From NCBI GenBank assembly GCA_963662585.1, contig OY759729.1, positions 2,752,001 to 2,816,000 of the forward strand: a stretch of DNA of 64,000 nucleotides, read 5' to 3'. Positions within the stretch are counted from its first letter, which is position 1. The number at the start of each line of letters is the position of its first letter. The DNA comes from Candidatus Cloacimonadales bacterium. Its GTDB lineage: Bacteria; Cloacimonadota; Cloacimonadia; Cloacimonadales; JAFGVF01. The notes under the pieces were generated by a model. It ran no database searches and was not told the DNA's origin. It saw only the letters and a list, made by a program, of their open reading frames with translations. The position numbers and the translations under genes are program-made. Shown piece by piece: positions 21,368 to 30,156 of the stretch.

Positions 21368-23085
21368 CAGACTGTGTGAAATCACTTTTTGATTTAAGGG
21401 AGTTTTGATAAACTTAAATCTGGATTTTTTGTTCATTTCGAGTATCAGGCTAATTTAGCACTCGAAAAGGCAATATTTATTGCTATTCTTAGCAAAAGTA
21501 CTATGTTTTTGACAAAATAGACAGCTTTGGACGAACCTCTCCTAAAAAAGGCATTTATGGAGTCCATCATTTTATTAAATCCGAGAATGTTAAATACTCT
21601 TTTAATATTATATGCCAGTGCAGTAAACATAAACTCACCACGAACAGATTCTAAGCCTTTCGTTAAAAATCTACCCTGATTCATATCCCTTTTTATTGTT
21701 CCAAAAGGATGCTCAACAATACATTTTCGTTGACTTAGTATATTCTTACTTACCTTATTAATTTCAAGTTGTTTCTCCACATATTCATAATAAGGATTCA
21801 ATGTAAATGTTCTATATTGTTGCTTATTGTCATTAGTACAAGCTTTTAAATCTGGACAACCTTTGCATGTTTTGCGACTACCATATTCATGACCTCTATC
21901 AGCATTTCTCTTTCTACTAGCGATTAATGTTCTATTGTTAGGACAAATAACACAATCATTAATTTTATCATATTTAAACTTAGAGGTTGCGAATGGAGTA
22001 CCTTTCATTTTCTCTGAATCTTGCATAGTTACATATGTTTTAATACCATCTTCATTACATTTTTTTATCTCTCTACCAAAACCATAACCCTTATCAGCGA
22101 CAACTGAAAATTCTGACAAATTATAGGCTTCTTTGGTTAATGAAGACATCCTGTAAAGTTGCTTCGCATCTGTATTATCACTACAGGCATCAACCATTAA
22201 CAATAAATTGTTTTTAGAGTCTGTTACGCTTTGGCAATTATACGATACATCTCTCTTGCTTCCATCTTTTTGCATCATTCGACTATCTGGATCTGTATAT
22301 GAAATTTGTGTTAAACCCTTATCCTTTAACTCTTGTTTTAAGTTTAAATAAAACTCTTCTTTTTCTTTTAATTTTTCAATACTTTCTAAATGTTGCTCAT
22401 TTTTATCATTTTTTGATTCTTGTTCTTTGTCATTAGTCGAATATTGTTCATTAAATGTATCAAATTTAGCTTCTATTTTCTTCAAAATTGTGTTTATTTT
22501 GTTTATTGATATATTTTTAGAATTATGGTTAACTGCATCAATAAAAGTACCATCTATAGCTAATAATTCAAAGTCAATTAAATTCATATATACCGAGTAT
22601 TTATTGAATTCCATAAATACGGATTTAATATTTTTTACATTGTTTTTTCTGAAATCAGCTATTGTTTTAAAATCAGGTTTTAGTTCTTTCATTAGCCATA
22701 TAAATGGAATATTTTCGTGAGTAGCTAACTCTAATTTTCGACTTGATACAATTCCTCTAAGATATCCATAGACATACAATTTTAACATGAATTTAGGATT
22801 ATAAGCTTTTCTACCAACTCGTTTTGGTTTTGTGTAGGTAAAATTAAACTTCTCTAGATCGAGCCCGTCTATAAAGTGATCTAGTACTCTTACAAGGTGA
22901 TTTTCTCCTATTAAAGAATCATAGGTTAAAAACTGAATTTGATGTCTGTCTTTGCCTTGTTTATAGTCCATAATATTTCTCCTATATTTATGTTTCCAAT
23001 ATAAATATAATGTTCTGTTTGTCAAGAAAATAAATACATTAATTAAACATTTATACATGTTGACATATCTATTTTCACACAGTCT
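21368..23085 (-). mobile_element. IS1182-family insertion sequence
   Basis: 14-bp terminal IRs CAGACTGTGTGAAA / TTTCACACAGTCTG; flanking TCC(C) duplication; encloses the transposase. Confidence 0.88.
21445..22971 (-). CDS. IS1182-family DDE transposase
   Basis: GRKAYNPKFMLKL, SSRKLE, PDFKTIADFRK, AIDGT, TDPDSR, ADKGY, VEHPFGTIK; ATG 22971 with GGAG RBS. Confidence 0.92.
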   Translation of the reverse strand: MDYKQGKDRHQIQFLTYDSLIGENHLVRVLDHFIDGLDLEKFNFTYTKPKRVGRKAYNPKFMLKLYVYGYLRGIVSSRKLELATHENIPFIWLMKELKPDFKTIADFRKNNVKNIKSVFMEFNKYSVYMNLIDFELLAIDGTFIDAVNHNSKNISINKINTILKKIEAKFDTFNEQYSTNDKEQESKNDKNEQHLESIEKLKEKEEFYLNLKQELKDKGLTQISYTDPDSRMMQKDGSKRDVSYNCQSVTDSKNNLLLMVDACSDNTDAKQLYRMSSLTKEAYNLSEFSVVADKGYGFGREIKKCNEDGIKTYVTMQDSEKMKGTPFATSKFKYDKINDCVICPNNRTLIASRKRNADRGHEYGSRKTCKGCPDLKACTNDNKQQYRTFTLNPYYEYVEKQLEINKVSKNILSQRKCIVEHPFGTIKRDMNQGRFLTKGLESVRGEFMFTALAYNIKRVFNILGFNKMMDSINAFFRRGSSKAVYFVKNIVLLLRIAINIAFSSAKLA

Positions 23086-23134
23086 GTCCCGCTTTCCCAG
23101 TTAGTTCGGGCTGGAATCCCATTTTCCCAGTTAG
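23086..23134. repeat. Tandem 30-bp REP-like repeat, right part
   Basis: TCCCGCTTTCCCAGTTAGTTCGGGCTGGAATCCCATTTTCCCAGTTAG continues the array interrupted by the IS. Confidence 0.85.
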
Positions 23135-23150
23135 AATGTGTCTTTGCATT

Positions 23151-24206
23151 CTACATATCTATCTGGATTTTCATCCCACCATAAATTTTCTTTCCTTCAT
23201 TGACACCACTGAAATCTTTCATATTATCCATCAAGCCAATTTCAGGAACTAAGAAAGCATTTTTAGAAATATTTATTTTCCTTTGTATGAAGGCACTCAT
23301 AGCAGTATCATCATCAGACCAAAGTGAATTAGATGTTTGAAGATAGCTGACACCTGTAGTTAAAAGTTTGGAACTAACAATAAAAACACCACCTAAAGTC
23401 TGTGTGTCCTCGAAAGTTTTATTGACTGCATCATATACTATGGAAGACTGTGTTATTGTGTATATGCCATAGTTTTTTGCATTCATACCATAACTAATTT
23501 GTGCAAGAAGATTAAGCATTCCAAGGTCATATTTCCCTGTCAAAGTTACTGCATAGGCAAGAATCAAGTCATCAAGATTATCAGAGTTAAAATTCTTATT
23601 ATATTTATTTATATTAACACCTACAGAAGTAGAGAAATAGATTTTAGGATCAGTATATTCATAACTTAGGTTAATCTTGGGGATAAGACTCTTTAAGCCT
23701 CCATGATTAGTAACATCGACTTCTTTAGGAGTTAAAATCATGGCATTGAATCTATCTTTGAAAGTGAACTTGACCATTGGTAATCTTCCATCGTAGAATA
23801 ATCCGTAATTGATAAAATTAAGATCATCGGCATAAACCTGGTCTCCATAGGCTGTAAATCCCGAATAATTTTGTCCGATAGTTATCGACATATCATCTTT
23901 TGTTATTTTTCCATAAAGTAGCCTTAAGTTAACTTGTGAAGGAGAAATACCAAGTTCGAGTTTACCACTTACATCATTGCTTGTAAAGATAGCTCCCAGG
24001 CGACTGTTTCCTTGCATTGCATAGTTAAATGCCAGATTGCTTTCGTTTATACCTATTTCAGGTGGATAAGAATTCCAATCATTGTCTGTGCTCTCATACC
24101 ATGATGATAAACGAGCTGATCCATAGAAGCTTGCTTCTGCCCTCAAGAGGGTTACTGCACCTAACATAATAACTGTAATAAAACAACTTAGTAGTACTTT
24201 TTTCAT
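23151..24206 (-). CDS. Putative outer-membrane porin
   Basis: Signal peptide, FYGSARL / QGNSRLGA porin-like N-terminal strands, amphipathic beta strands throughout. Confidence 0.6.
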   Translation of the reverse strand: MKKVLLSCFITVIMLGAVTLLRAEASFYGSARLSSWYESTDNDWNSYPPEIGINESNLAFNYAMQGNSRLGAIFTSNDVSGKLELGISPSQVNLRLLYGKITKDDMSITIGQNYSGFTAYGDQVYADDLNFINYGLFYDGRLPMVKFTFKDRFNAMILTPKEVDVTNHGGLKSLIPKINLSYEYTDPKIYFSTSVGVNINKYNKNFNSDNLDDLILAYAVTLTGKYDLGMLNLLAQISYGMNAKNYGIYTITQSSIVYDAVNKTFEDTQTLGGVFIVSSKLLTTGVSYLQTSNSLWSDDDTAMSAFIQRKINISKNAFLVPEIGLMDNMKDFSGVNEGKKIYGGMKIQIDM

Positions 24207-24336
24207 TTTTGTATCCTTTGTAATTATTTAATAGGGTTTTATTAGACTGCAAATTTTGTAGCCTAATCATTATAACTAAATTTCCATTGTAGATTCAGAG
24301 CTCTAAGTCCCCCTGATAAATCTAAGTAAAAGTTCT

Positions 24337-24552
24337 TTATACCATTTTTTTCTTAATATATGGTACAAAAAGTAATGCTATAACTGTACAGATAGAAGCA
24401 ATTAAGAGATAGACATTAAAAACAGGGCTATATATTCCCAATATTGCTTCTTGATCAGAAATCATGTCTTTAGGAACTGTGGCTATTCCAGCAAGAAGAC
24501 CAGCTATTTTTCCACCTAGACCAATTGTCAATAAAAATATTCTCATCATCAT
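24337..24552 (-). pseudogene. C-terminal fragment of a POT/PTR-like MFS transporter
   Basis: MMRIFLLTIGLGGKIAGLLAG...YSPVFNVYLLIA resembles the last two TMs of peptide MFS transporters; no upstream part present. Confidence 0.45.
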
Positions 24553-25052
24553 CTGTCCAGTCCTGAATAATTTTTACCGATTTTTTTAGCAATTATTATT
24601 TTCACTATTAAAGCCTGTGAGTTTACGCTAATGCTTCCCCTTCATAAGAAAGGGTTACACGAATCTTGGTGTGCCTTACCCAGTGTCAATTTATCTTTGA
24701 AAAATGAGACCCTAGGCTATCCGAGACTGTTCAAATTATCATATTAAGTATATTTCACTGTCATTCTTCATAATGAAAAAGGAAGATAGATTATATTAAC
24801 TTTTTTAATAAATCCCTTAATGTTAGTAAATTTCTTTTTGCTTAGATTAGTCAATTACAGGGGCTTATTTCATAAAAAAGCATAAATTTTACATTATTAT
24901 AGTTTTTTGGGAAAGAATTTTAAACCGATTTTATAATAAAACAAGTTATTCTACAAATTATTTTGTAATAAAATTGTATTCTTAAAACAATGTATAACAT
25001 CTATTTAAGAAATAGAATAAAATGTCATATAAAAATATATCAAAAAAAAATC

Positions 25053-25080
25053 TTGACAGATTTACAGCTTTCTATAAGTT
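25053..25080 (+). promoter_or_regulatory. Putative sigma70 promoter for the RNA array and DUF2828 gene
   Basis: TTGACA (25053)-16 bp-TAAGTT. Confidence 0.5.
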
Positions 25081-25165
25081 GGAAATCGAATGATGACTAA
25101 ATCATCAAAAGATATTTAAAAAGTTAATAGAGTGAGCAAGAGTGAAACATAAGAAATAATATTTT

Positions 25166-25273
25166 TATGAGTGCTAGGGTTAAAGAAGTCAGCTTCTTAA
25201 TCTCAGTATAAACTCTGTATTGATAAATATCAAGTAAATCAGAACTTCTTTGTAGAATAACTTAGCACTCATA
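25166..25273 (+). ncRNA. Structured RNA unit 1 of the DUF2828-associated array
   Basis: Outer stem TATGAGTGCTA/TAGCACTCATA; inner AAAGAAGT/ACTTCTTT; conserved CAGC and GTAGAATAAC. Confidence 0.75.
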
Positions 25274-25287
25274 TTTTTATAGATTAT

Positions 25288-25429
25288 TAAAGAAAAATAG
25301 GGTTAAAGAAAACAGCAAAATTAAAACCAAACATACACATCGATTGTAGTTTCCAGATGAATCTTATTAAGCAATTAATTTAAAGCTTCATCGAGAGTTA
25401 TTCTTTGTAAAAGTACCTATTTTTCTTTA
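25288..25429 (+). ncRNA. Structured RNA unit 2 of the DUF2828-associated array
   Basis: Outer stem TAAAGAAAAATAGG/CCTATTTTTCTTTA; GGTTAAAGAAAACAGC ... TTCTTTGTAAAAGTAC. Confidence 0.7.
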
Positions 25430-25518
25430 TATTTTTTAATTTACTGTATACATATCAATAACCTCAACTGAAAAAATCTTGTATTAAAAACTCCTGTCAT
25501 TGTTAATCAAGCTTAAAA

Positions 25519-25608
25519 AAAACTAAGGTTGAAGAAGTCAGCATCTTAAACTTTCATATTCAAGTTCTGACCAAAATCAGATCTTCTTCGTAGAATAACT
25601 TAGCTTTT
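25519..25608 (+). ncRNA. Structured RNA unit 3 of the DUF2828-associated array
   Basis: CTAAG/CTTAG outer stem; GGTTGAAGAAGTCAGC ... CTTCTTCGTAGAATAAC, with a compensatory G-C pair. Confidence 0.75.
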
Positions 25609-25616
25609 CCCTCTTA

Positions 25617-25703
25617 GGGGAAAGGGTTAAAGAAATCAGCAAGTAAAATCTAATAGCAATTCGATCTATATTAAAGAATTTCTTTGTAGAATAACCTTTC
25701 TCC
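25617..25703 (+). ncRNA. Structured RNA unit 4 of the DUF2828-associated array
   Basis: Outer stem GGGGAAAGG/CCTTTCTCC; AAAGAAAT-CAGC ... ATTTCTTT-GTAGAATAAC. Confidence 0.75.
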
Positions 25704-25751
25704 AATTTTATGAAAAAGACAAAAGATAACTTAAAGCCACAAGGAGGCTTC

Positions 25752-27233
25752 ATGAGTAATACATTTATTAAGGTTATGGAGTATAATAATAATTTAACGC
25801 TTAACGGCATGGCGACCCACTCCTCAAGTGGGAATAGGCTCTTTGACTTATTTGTAGAGTCTGGAGCTATGAGATATAGCGAAGTAGAGAAGATACTCCT
25901 AAGTGTTTATAATGCTTGGGAAGTGGATAAAGAGACTGCCTTGAAACTACTATTTTATGCTAGAGACATAGTAGAAGGTAGTGGAGAGAGAAGGTTTTTT
26001 AGATTAGCTACTGAGTTTTTGCTAACCCATAAAGAGGATAGCGAAAAGGTTTTGGATAACTTAGTAAAAGAAGAGAATTTGAAAGAAAACATCATCCGTG
26101 TGGATGATTTAGTTTACTTGGCAAACTCTCTTCTGGGTAGAAACCTGAAGAGGAATAAAAAAGTAGATAAGATTTTAGGGTTATTGTTTAGAATGTTGCA
26201 AGATGAAGAGATTGGTGGAATTGTTGCTAAGTGGATGCCACGAAAAAACTCTCAGTACGCGAGAGTAGTAAAGTATATGAGAGCAAATGGTTTTATTAAA
26301 AGCTACTCTCTCTACCGTAGAGAGATTGCTGGTAAAACCAAGGTGGTTGAGCAACAGATGAGTAAAAATGAATGGAAGGAAATTAATTTAGAGCAGACGC
26401 CTTCTGTGGCTTTAAAACAGTATAGAAAAGCTTTTGCCAGGCATGATATACTGCAAGCTTACTTAGAGAAGGTTGAAGCAGGAGAGGCTAAGATTAATGC
26501 TAAAAGGTTAACCCCTTTTGATATAGTACATAATTTGATGGTAAGTGAAAGTACTAAAGAACTTCGCAAATTGGCAGATTTGCAGTGGAAGAATTTAAAA
26601 GAGTTAAAAGACCTGCCAGCAGAATACAGGGCATTACCTGTTATAGATGTTAGTGGAAGTATGATTATGCCTGATTATATCCCCATGAGCATGGCTCTTG
26701 GTTTAGGGTTATTTTTGGCAGAACGCAACCCGAACCAAGCTTTTAGGGACTATTTTATTACTTTTAGTAATGAACCTCAGTTCCAAAAGATTGAGGGTTT
26801 GGATATATATGATAAAGTTAGTAATGCCATGCGTGCAGATTGGGGTGGGAGAACTAATTTAGAAGCTACTTTTGAATTAGTCTTAAATAAGGCTAAGCAA
26901 GGTAAGGTAGCTGCTGAAGAAATGCCTACCCATATTATAATATTTAGTGATATGGAGTTTAACAGATGTGTGAGGACCCCAAAAGATAATGCTTGGCAGA
27001 TGATTAACCGCCAATATGCTGAAGCTGGTTATACAACACCAGTTATAGTATTTTGGAATGTTGATGCTAAATCATCCAACTTTCCAGTGAAGTTTGATGA
27101 AAGTGGAGCATTGCTTTTGAGCGGAAGCTCGCAGAATGCGATGAATATAGTGCTTAAACAAAAGTATGAGAACCCGATAGACTTGATGTTTGAAGCTATT
27201 GATAGTGATAGATATAAACATATTAAGTTTTAA
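25752..27233 (+). CDS. DUF2828-family protein with C-terminal vWA domain (TROVE/Ro60-like architecture)
   Basis: LKLLFYARDI..GERRFFR, AKWMPR, VEQQMS..W, KINA..L.PFDIV, MIDAS motif IDVSGSM, FITFS, TNL, IFSDMEF, IVFWNV; AAGGAGG RBS before ATG 25752. Confidence 0.85.
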   Translation: MSNTFIKVMEYNNNLTLNGMATHSSSGNRLFDLFVESGAMRYSEVEKILLSVYNAWEVDKETALKLLFYARDIVEGSGERRFFRLATEFLLTHKEDSEKVLDNLVKEENLKENIIRVDDLVYLANSLLGRNLKRNKKVDKILGLLFRMLQDEEIGGIVAKWMPRKNSQYARVVKYMRANGFIKSYSLYRREIAGKTKVVEQQMSKNEWKEINLEQTPSVALKQYRKAFARHDILQAYLEKVEAGEAKINAKRLTPFDIVHNLMVSESTKELRKLADLQWKNLKELKDLPAEYRALPVIDVSGSMIMPDYIPMSMALGLGLFLAERNPNQAFRDYFITFSNEPQFQKIEGLDIYDKVSNAMRADWGGRTNLEATFELVLNKAKQGKVAAEEMPTHIIIFSDMEFNRCVRTPKDNAWQMINRQYAEAGYTTPVIVFWNVDAKSSNFPVKFDESGALLLSGSSQNAMNIVLKQKYENPIDLMFEAIDSDRYKHIKF

Positions 27234-28678
27234 GATAAATATTTTAGTGCAGTCTCTAACTGAGATTGCACTTTTTTTTGCTCTTGCTCCAGAAGGTTAA
27301 TTTCAGCTAACATTTCAGGGATAGAGCCCTCCATATCTCTTTCCTGATGAAGATAGAGAGAGGTGTTTAAATTATAATCATTAGCAAGAATTTCCTCTTG
27401 AGAGACTATTCTTGAAAGTCCTGGAATTTCTTGCCTATTTCGATAGATATCAGCAATTGATTCAGGGGTTAACTCATTTCCATTAATATCATTTATCATT
27501 ATAATATCAGTAGTAAGTTTCTTAATTTTCTTAGTCTGGGGATCGTAGCTGTTTCTTGCAGGACTATATACTGAAATGACGAAATTATTCAAGATTCTTT
27601 TCCCATCCTTCAAAGTAGGTACAATGATAGCATCTAAACTATTATAATGAGCTAGGATTTCTTGACGATATACTTTCTCGTCTCCTTCCTTGTAAAGAAT
27701 ACTATGCGGAAGTATTAAGATCATTAGTCCTGTTTGTTTTAACCTTCGACTCATATTTAAGATAAAAATCTCATCACTGCTAAGATGTTGGCTTTGCTCC
27801 TGAGAATATACTTGCTGGTCTTCTCTCATTACTTCTTGCTCAAGCTTAATTAAATCCTTTGCAAAGAGGGGTGGCTCAGAAATAACCATATCTACTTTAG
27901 AGTAGTGTTTATTATCATTCTTAAAAGAGTCTTGCACCTTAAAATGAGCCTCTAAGCCAGCAAGAATAGTGTTTAATTCAGCAAAGAGAATTAACTTTTC
28001 TTCATTATCCTGTCCATAAAGCTTAATTTTTTCTTCACAAGTGACTGCAGACTCTATTAGTAATGAAGCAGATCCACATGCAGGGTCGTATATAGATTTC
28101 ACTCCTCTTCCTTTGAGCAAGTTGGCGACTATACTATTTAATTCTTTATGAGTTGAAAATTGCTCTCTATTCACTCTGCTGGCTAATTCTAAAATCAAGT
28201 CATTATAGAAGAGTTCTTCATAGGAATCTTTTTTATTGTTTGTTAGTAATTGAAAAAGCTCTTCTTTAAGGGAAAATAGAGCAGTGTACCCCTCTTTATC
28301 ATTAACCCACAAACCAATTTTAATCAGTTTAATAATATTCACATTTTTATCATTTAAAACTTCAGGATAGTATTTTAATAGTTTTTTAACAACATTGATA
28401 AAAGTTGAGGGGGAGGTATGTTTTTTGAAGTTTGTAAGGAGAATAAATTCATGATTAGAAGACTTTTCCCACATCTCAGCTTCAACTTTTTTAAAAATCA
28501 AGTCTTCTTCCTTCGTAGCTTTCTCTTCAAAGTAATTATGAATTAGCTGTTTATACCTTAGCACAAAGAAAGTGAAAAGTAAAAAGATATCGCTATTCTC
28601 AATTCTATCGTAAGTAGATATTTTAGCATTAAAGTCTTCATATATCTTGAGACTTTTTATAATTTTATTATTCACCAT
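27230..28678 (-). CDS. Type I R-M HsdM-like N-6 DNA methylase (divergent)
   Basis: IYDPACGSASLL, LYGQD, SEPPL in place of NPPY/F, ILPHSILY, NDYNLN..Y. Confidence 0.75.
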   Translation of the reverse strand: MVNNKIIKSLKIYEDFNAKISTYDRIENSDIFLLFTFFVLRYKQLIHNYFEEKATKEEDLIFKKVEAEMWEKSSNHEFILLTNFKKHTSPSTFINVVKKLLKYYPEVLNDKNVNIIKLIKIGLWVNDKEGYTALFSLKEELFQLLTNNKKDSYEELFYNDLILELASRVNREQFSTHKELNSIVANLLKGRGVKSIYDPACGSASLLIESAVTCEEKIKLYGQDNEEKLILFAELNTILAGLEAHFKVQDSFKNDNKHYSKVDMVISEPPLFAKDLIKLEQEVMREDQQVYSQEQSQHLSSDEIFILNMSRRLKQTGLMILILPHSILYKEGDEKVYRQEILAHYNSLDAIIVPTLKDGKRILNNFVISVYSPARNSYDPQTKKIKKLTTDIIMINDINGNELTPESIADIYRNRQEIPGLSRIVSQEEILANDYNLNTSLYLHQERDMEGSIPEMLAEINLLEQEQKKVQSQLETALKYLS

Positions 28679-29261
28679 CTTTACCACCTATTTTACTATT
28701 TATAATCTTTTGATAAAGACTTTCTTTTTTTAAATATATTGAATTAAGAAGGCCTAACTCTCTCTGCATCAATTCATAAAGATCAATTATTTCTTTTTGC
28801 TTTTCTAAACTGATTTCTTCAATTTCTATATTTTTAATAGTTTCTGCCTTGATAAATTTCATACTACTTGGAGAGGTTACTCGGTTAAAGAAATCCTTCA
28901 TTGCCAGACTGTTAAGATATATAGATAAGTATTGAGGAATTAGAAGATTTTTATCAACTCTTAATATTGTAAAATTAGAAGAGATAAGAGTGTTTTGTTT
29001 TAGTTGGTCAGGGAAAAAACCAGCTGTAAAAGGAGAGCTGTTTCTGATAAAGACATCTCCAGCTTGGATTACATATTTCTCAGGAATATCTCTTCCAGCC
29101 TCAAAATCTTCAAATTGAGTTTCATCCATCTTACCATAATTATCTAAACTCTTAATCGTTAGAACTCTATATTCTTGCTCAACTTCTTGATTATTCTTTG
29201 CCTGATACCTAGTAAGCACAAGTCCTGAACCTATATATTTTACAATATCCTTTAATTTCAC
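28668..29261 (-). CDS. HsdS-like specificity subunit with a single TRD
   Basis: KLKDIV start, GDVFI, ISSNFTILR, PQYLSIYLNS, SLEKQKEI; GTG 29261 after GAGGTG. Confidence 0.7.
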   Translation of the reverse strand: MKLKDIVKYIGSGLVLTRYQAKNNQEVEQEYRVLTIKSLDNYGKMDETQFEDFEAGRDIPEKYVIQAGDVFIRNSSPFTAGFFPDQLKQNTLISSNFTILRVDKNLLIPQYLSIYLNSLAMKDFFNRVTSPSSMKFIKAETIKNIEIEEISLEKQKEIIDLYELMQRELGLLNSIYLKKESLYQKIINSKIGGKDGE

Positions 29262-29414
29262 TTTCACCTCATCTAAAATGTTATATAGCAAAATAACAAA
29301 GCTGATATTGCTGTCAATACTTTTCTTAAAGCTGCCTTTCTCTCTATCCTCCTCGAGACTGTTCAAATTATTATATTAATTTTTTTAATACATGGTCTGA
29401 ATTTAATTTTCTTC

Positions 29415-30156
29415 AATCCCTGAAAGGGATAAGTAGATTAGCCCGGGGCTTGTATTCCGAAGGAATTAACCCCGGGTAAAGAGTCCACCCAGAAAAGTGT
29501 ATCCCTGTAAGGGATCAATAAAATCAATCCCATAAATATTTTTCATTATAATCCATATTATTCTTTTCAATAAACAGCAAAAACTCTTCCTTAAAAGTCA
29601 TTTTCTTGTGATGTTCCTCCTGCTTTTTAATGTAATTAATGGTTTTATTCTTTTGTGCTTCTCCAACTGAAAATGCACCGTAACCAACTTGCCAATAGAA
29701 ATTTGAAAACTCATTTCCTTTGGTCTTTATCCATTTTGATGTGTTCTTTTTTATAACACTTACAATATCCTTTAAGCATACATTTTTAGATAAATTTAGG
29801 AAAATGTGAATATGATCAGTATATCCTCCAATTTCAATTGGACATGAATCATGACTTGTTATAATCTTAGCAACATATGCATATAATTGTTTTCGGATAT
29901 TATCATTTTTTAAGAATACCATTCTATTTTTTGTTGAAAATACAATATGCATATATATAATTGATAATGACTGTGACATAATAACTCCTATTTATATTTT
30001 ATCATTGTAATAAATATATATTTTAATTATTTTGTCAAATTAATTTCTTATTAATCCCTTTCAGGGATAGGGATGGTGGTGGGTATGTATCATCCCTGGG
30101 GTTAATCCTTCCAGGATACAACACCCAGGCTAATCTACTTATCCCCTTTAGGGATT
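29415..30156 (-). mobile_element. Y1 transposase element with inverted REP-like palindromic flanks (IS200/RAYT-like)
   Basis: 29415-29520 and 30050-30156 are imperfect inverted copies: ATCCCTGAAAGGGATAAGTAGATTAGCCC vs GGCTAATCTACTTATCCCCTTTAGGGAT. Confidence 0.75.
29524..29979 (-). CDS. tnpA: IS200/IS605-family Y1 (HUH) transposase
   Basis: HIVFSTKNR, DHIH (HUH), WQVGYGAFSV, YIKKQEEHH. Confidence 0.92.
   Translation of the reverse strand: MSQSLSIIYMHIVFSTKNRMVFLKNDNIRKQLYAYVAKIITSHDSCPIEIGGYTDHIHIFLNLSKNVCLKDIVSVIKKNTSKWIKTKGNEFSNFYWQVGYGAFSVGEAQKNKTINYIKKQEEHHKKMTFKEEFLLFIEKNNMDYNEKYLWD

Noticed and set aside
21061..21436. Four short ORFs with repeated peptides
   Set aside because: Translation artefacts of the 30-bp tandem repeat.
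25166..25703. CRISPR array, tRNA cluster or terminator series
   Set aside because: Units are bipartite inverted scaffolds, not direct repeats; no cloverleaf or CCA; conserved internal bulges and long loops do not fit simple terminators.
25710..25751. Longer N-terminus for the DUF2828 gene (ATG 25710)
   Set aside because: A strong AAGGAGG RBS precedes ATG 25752; the upstream ATG has no RBS.
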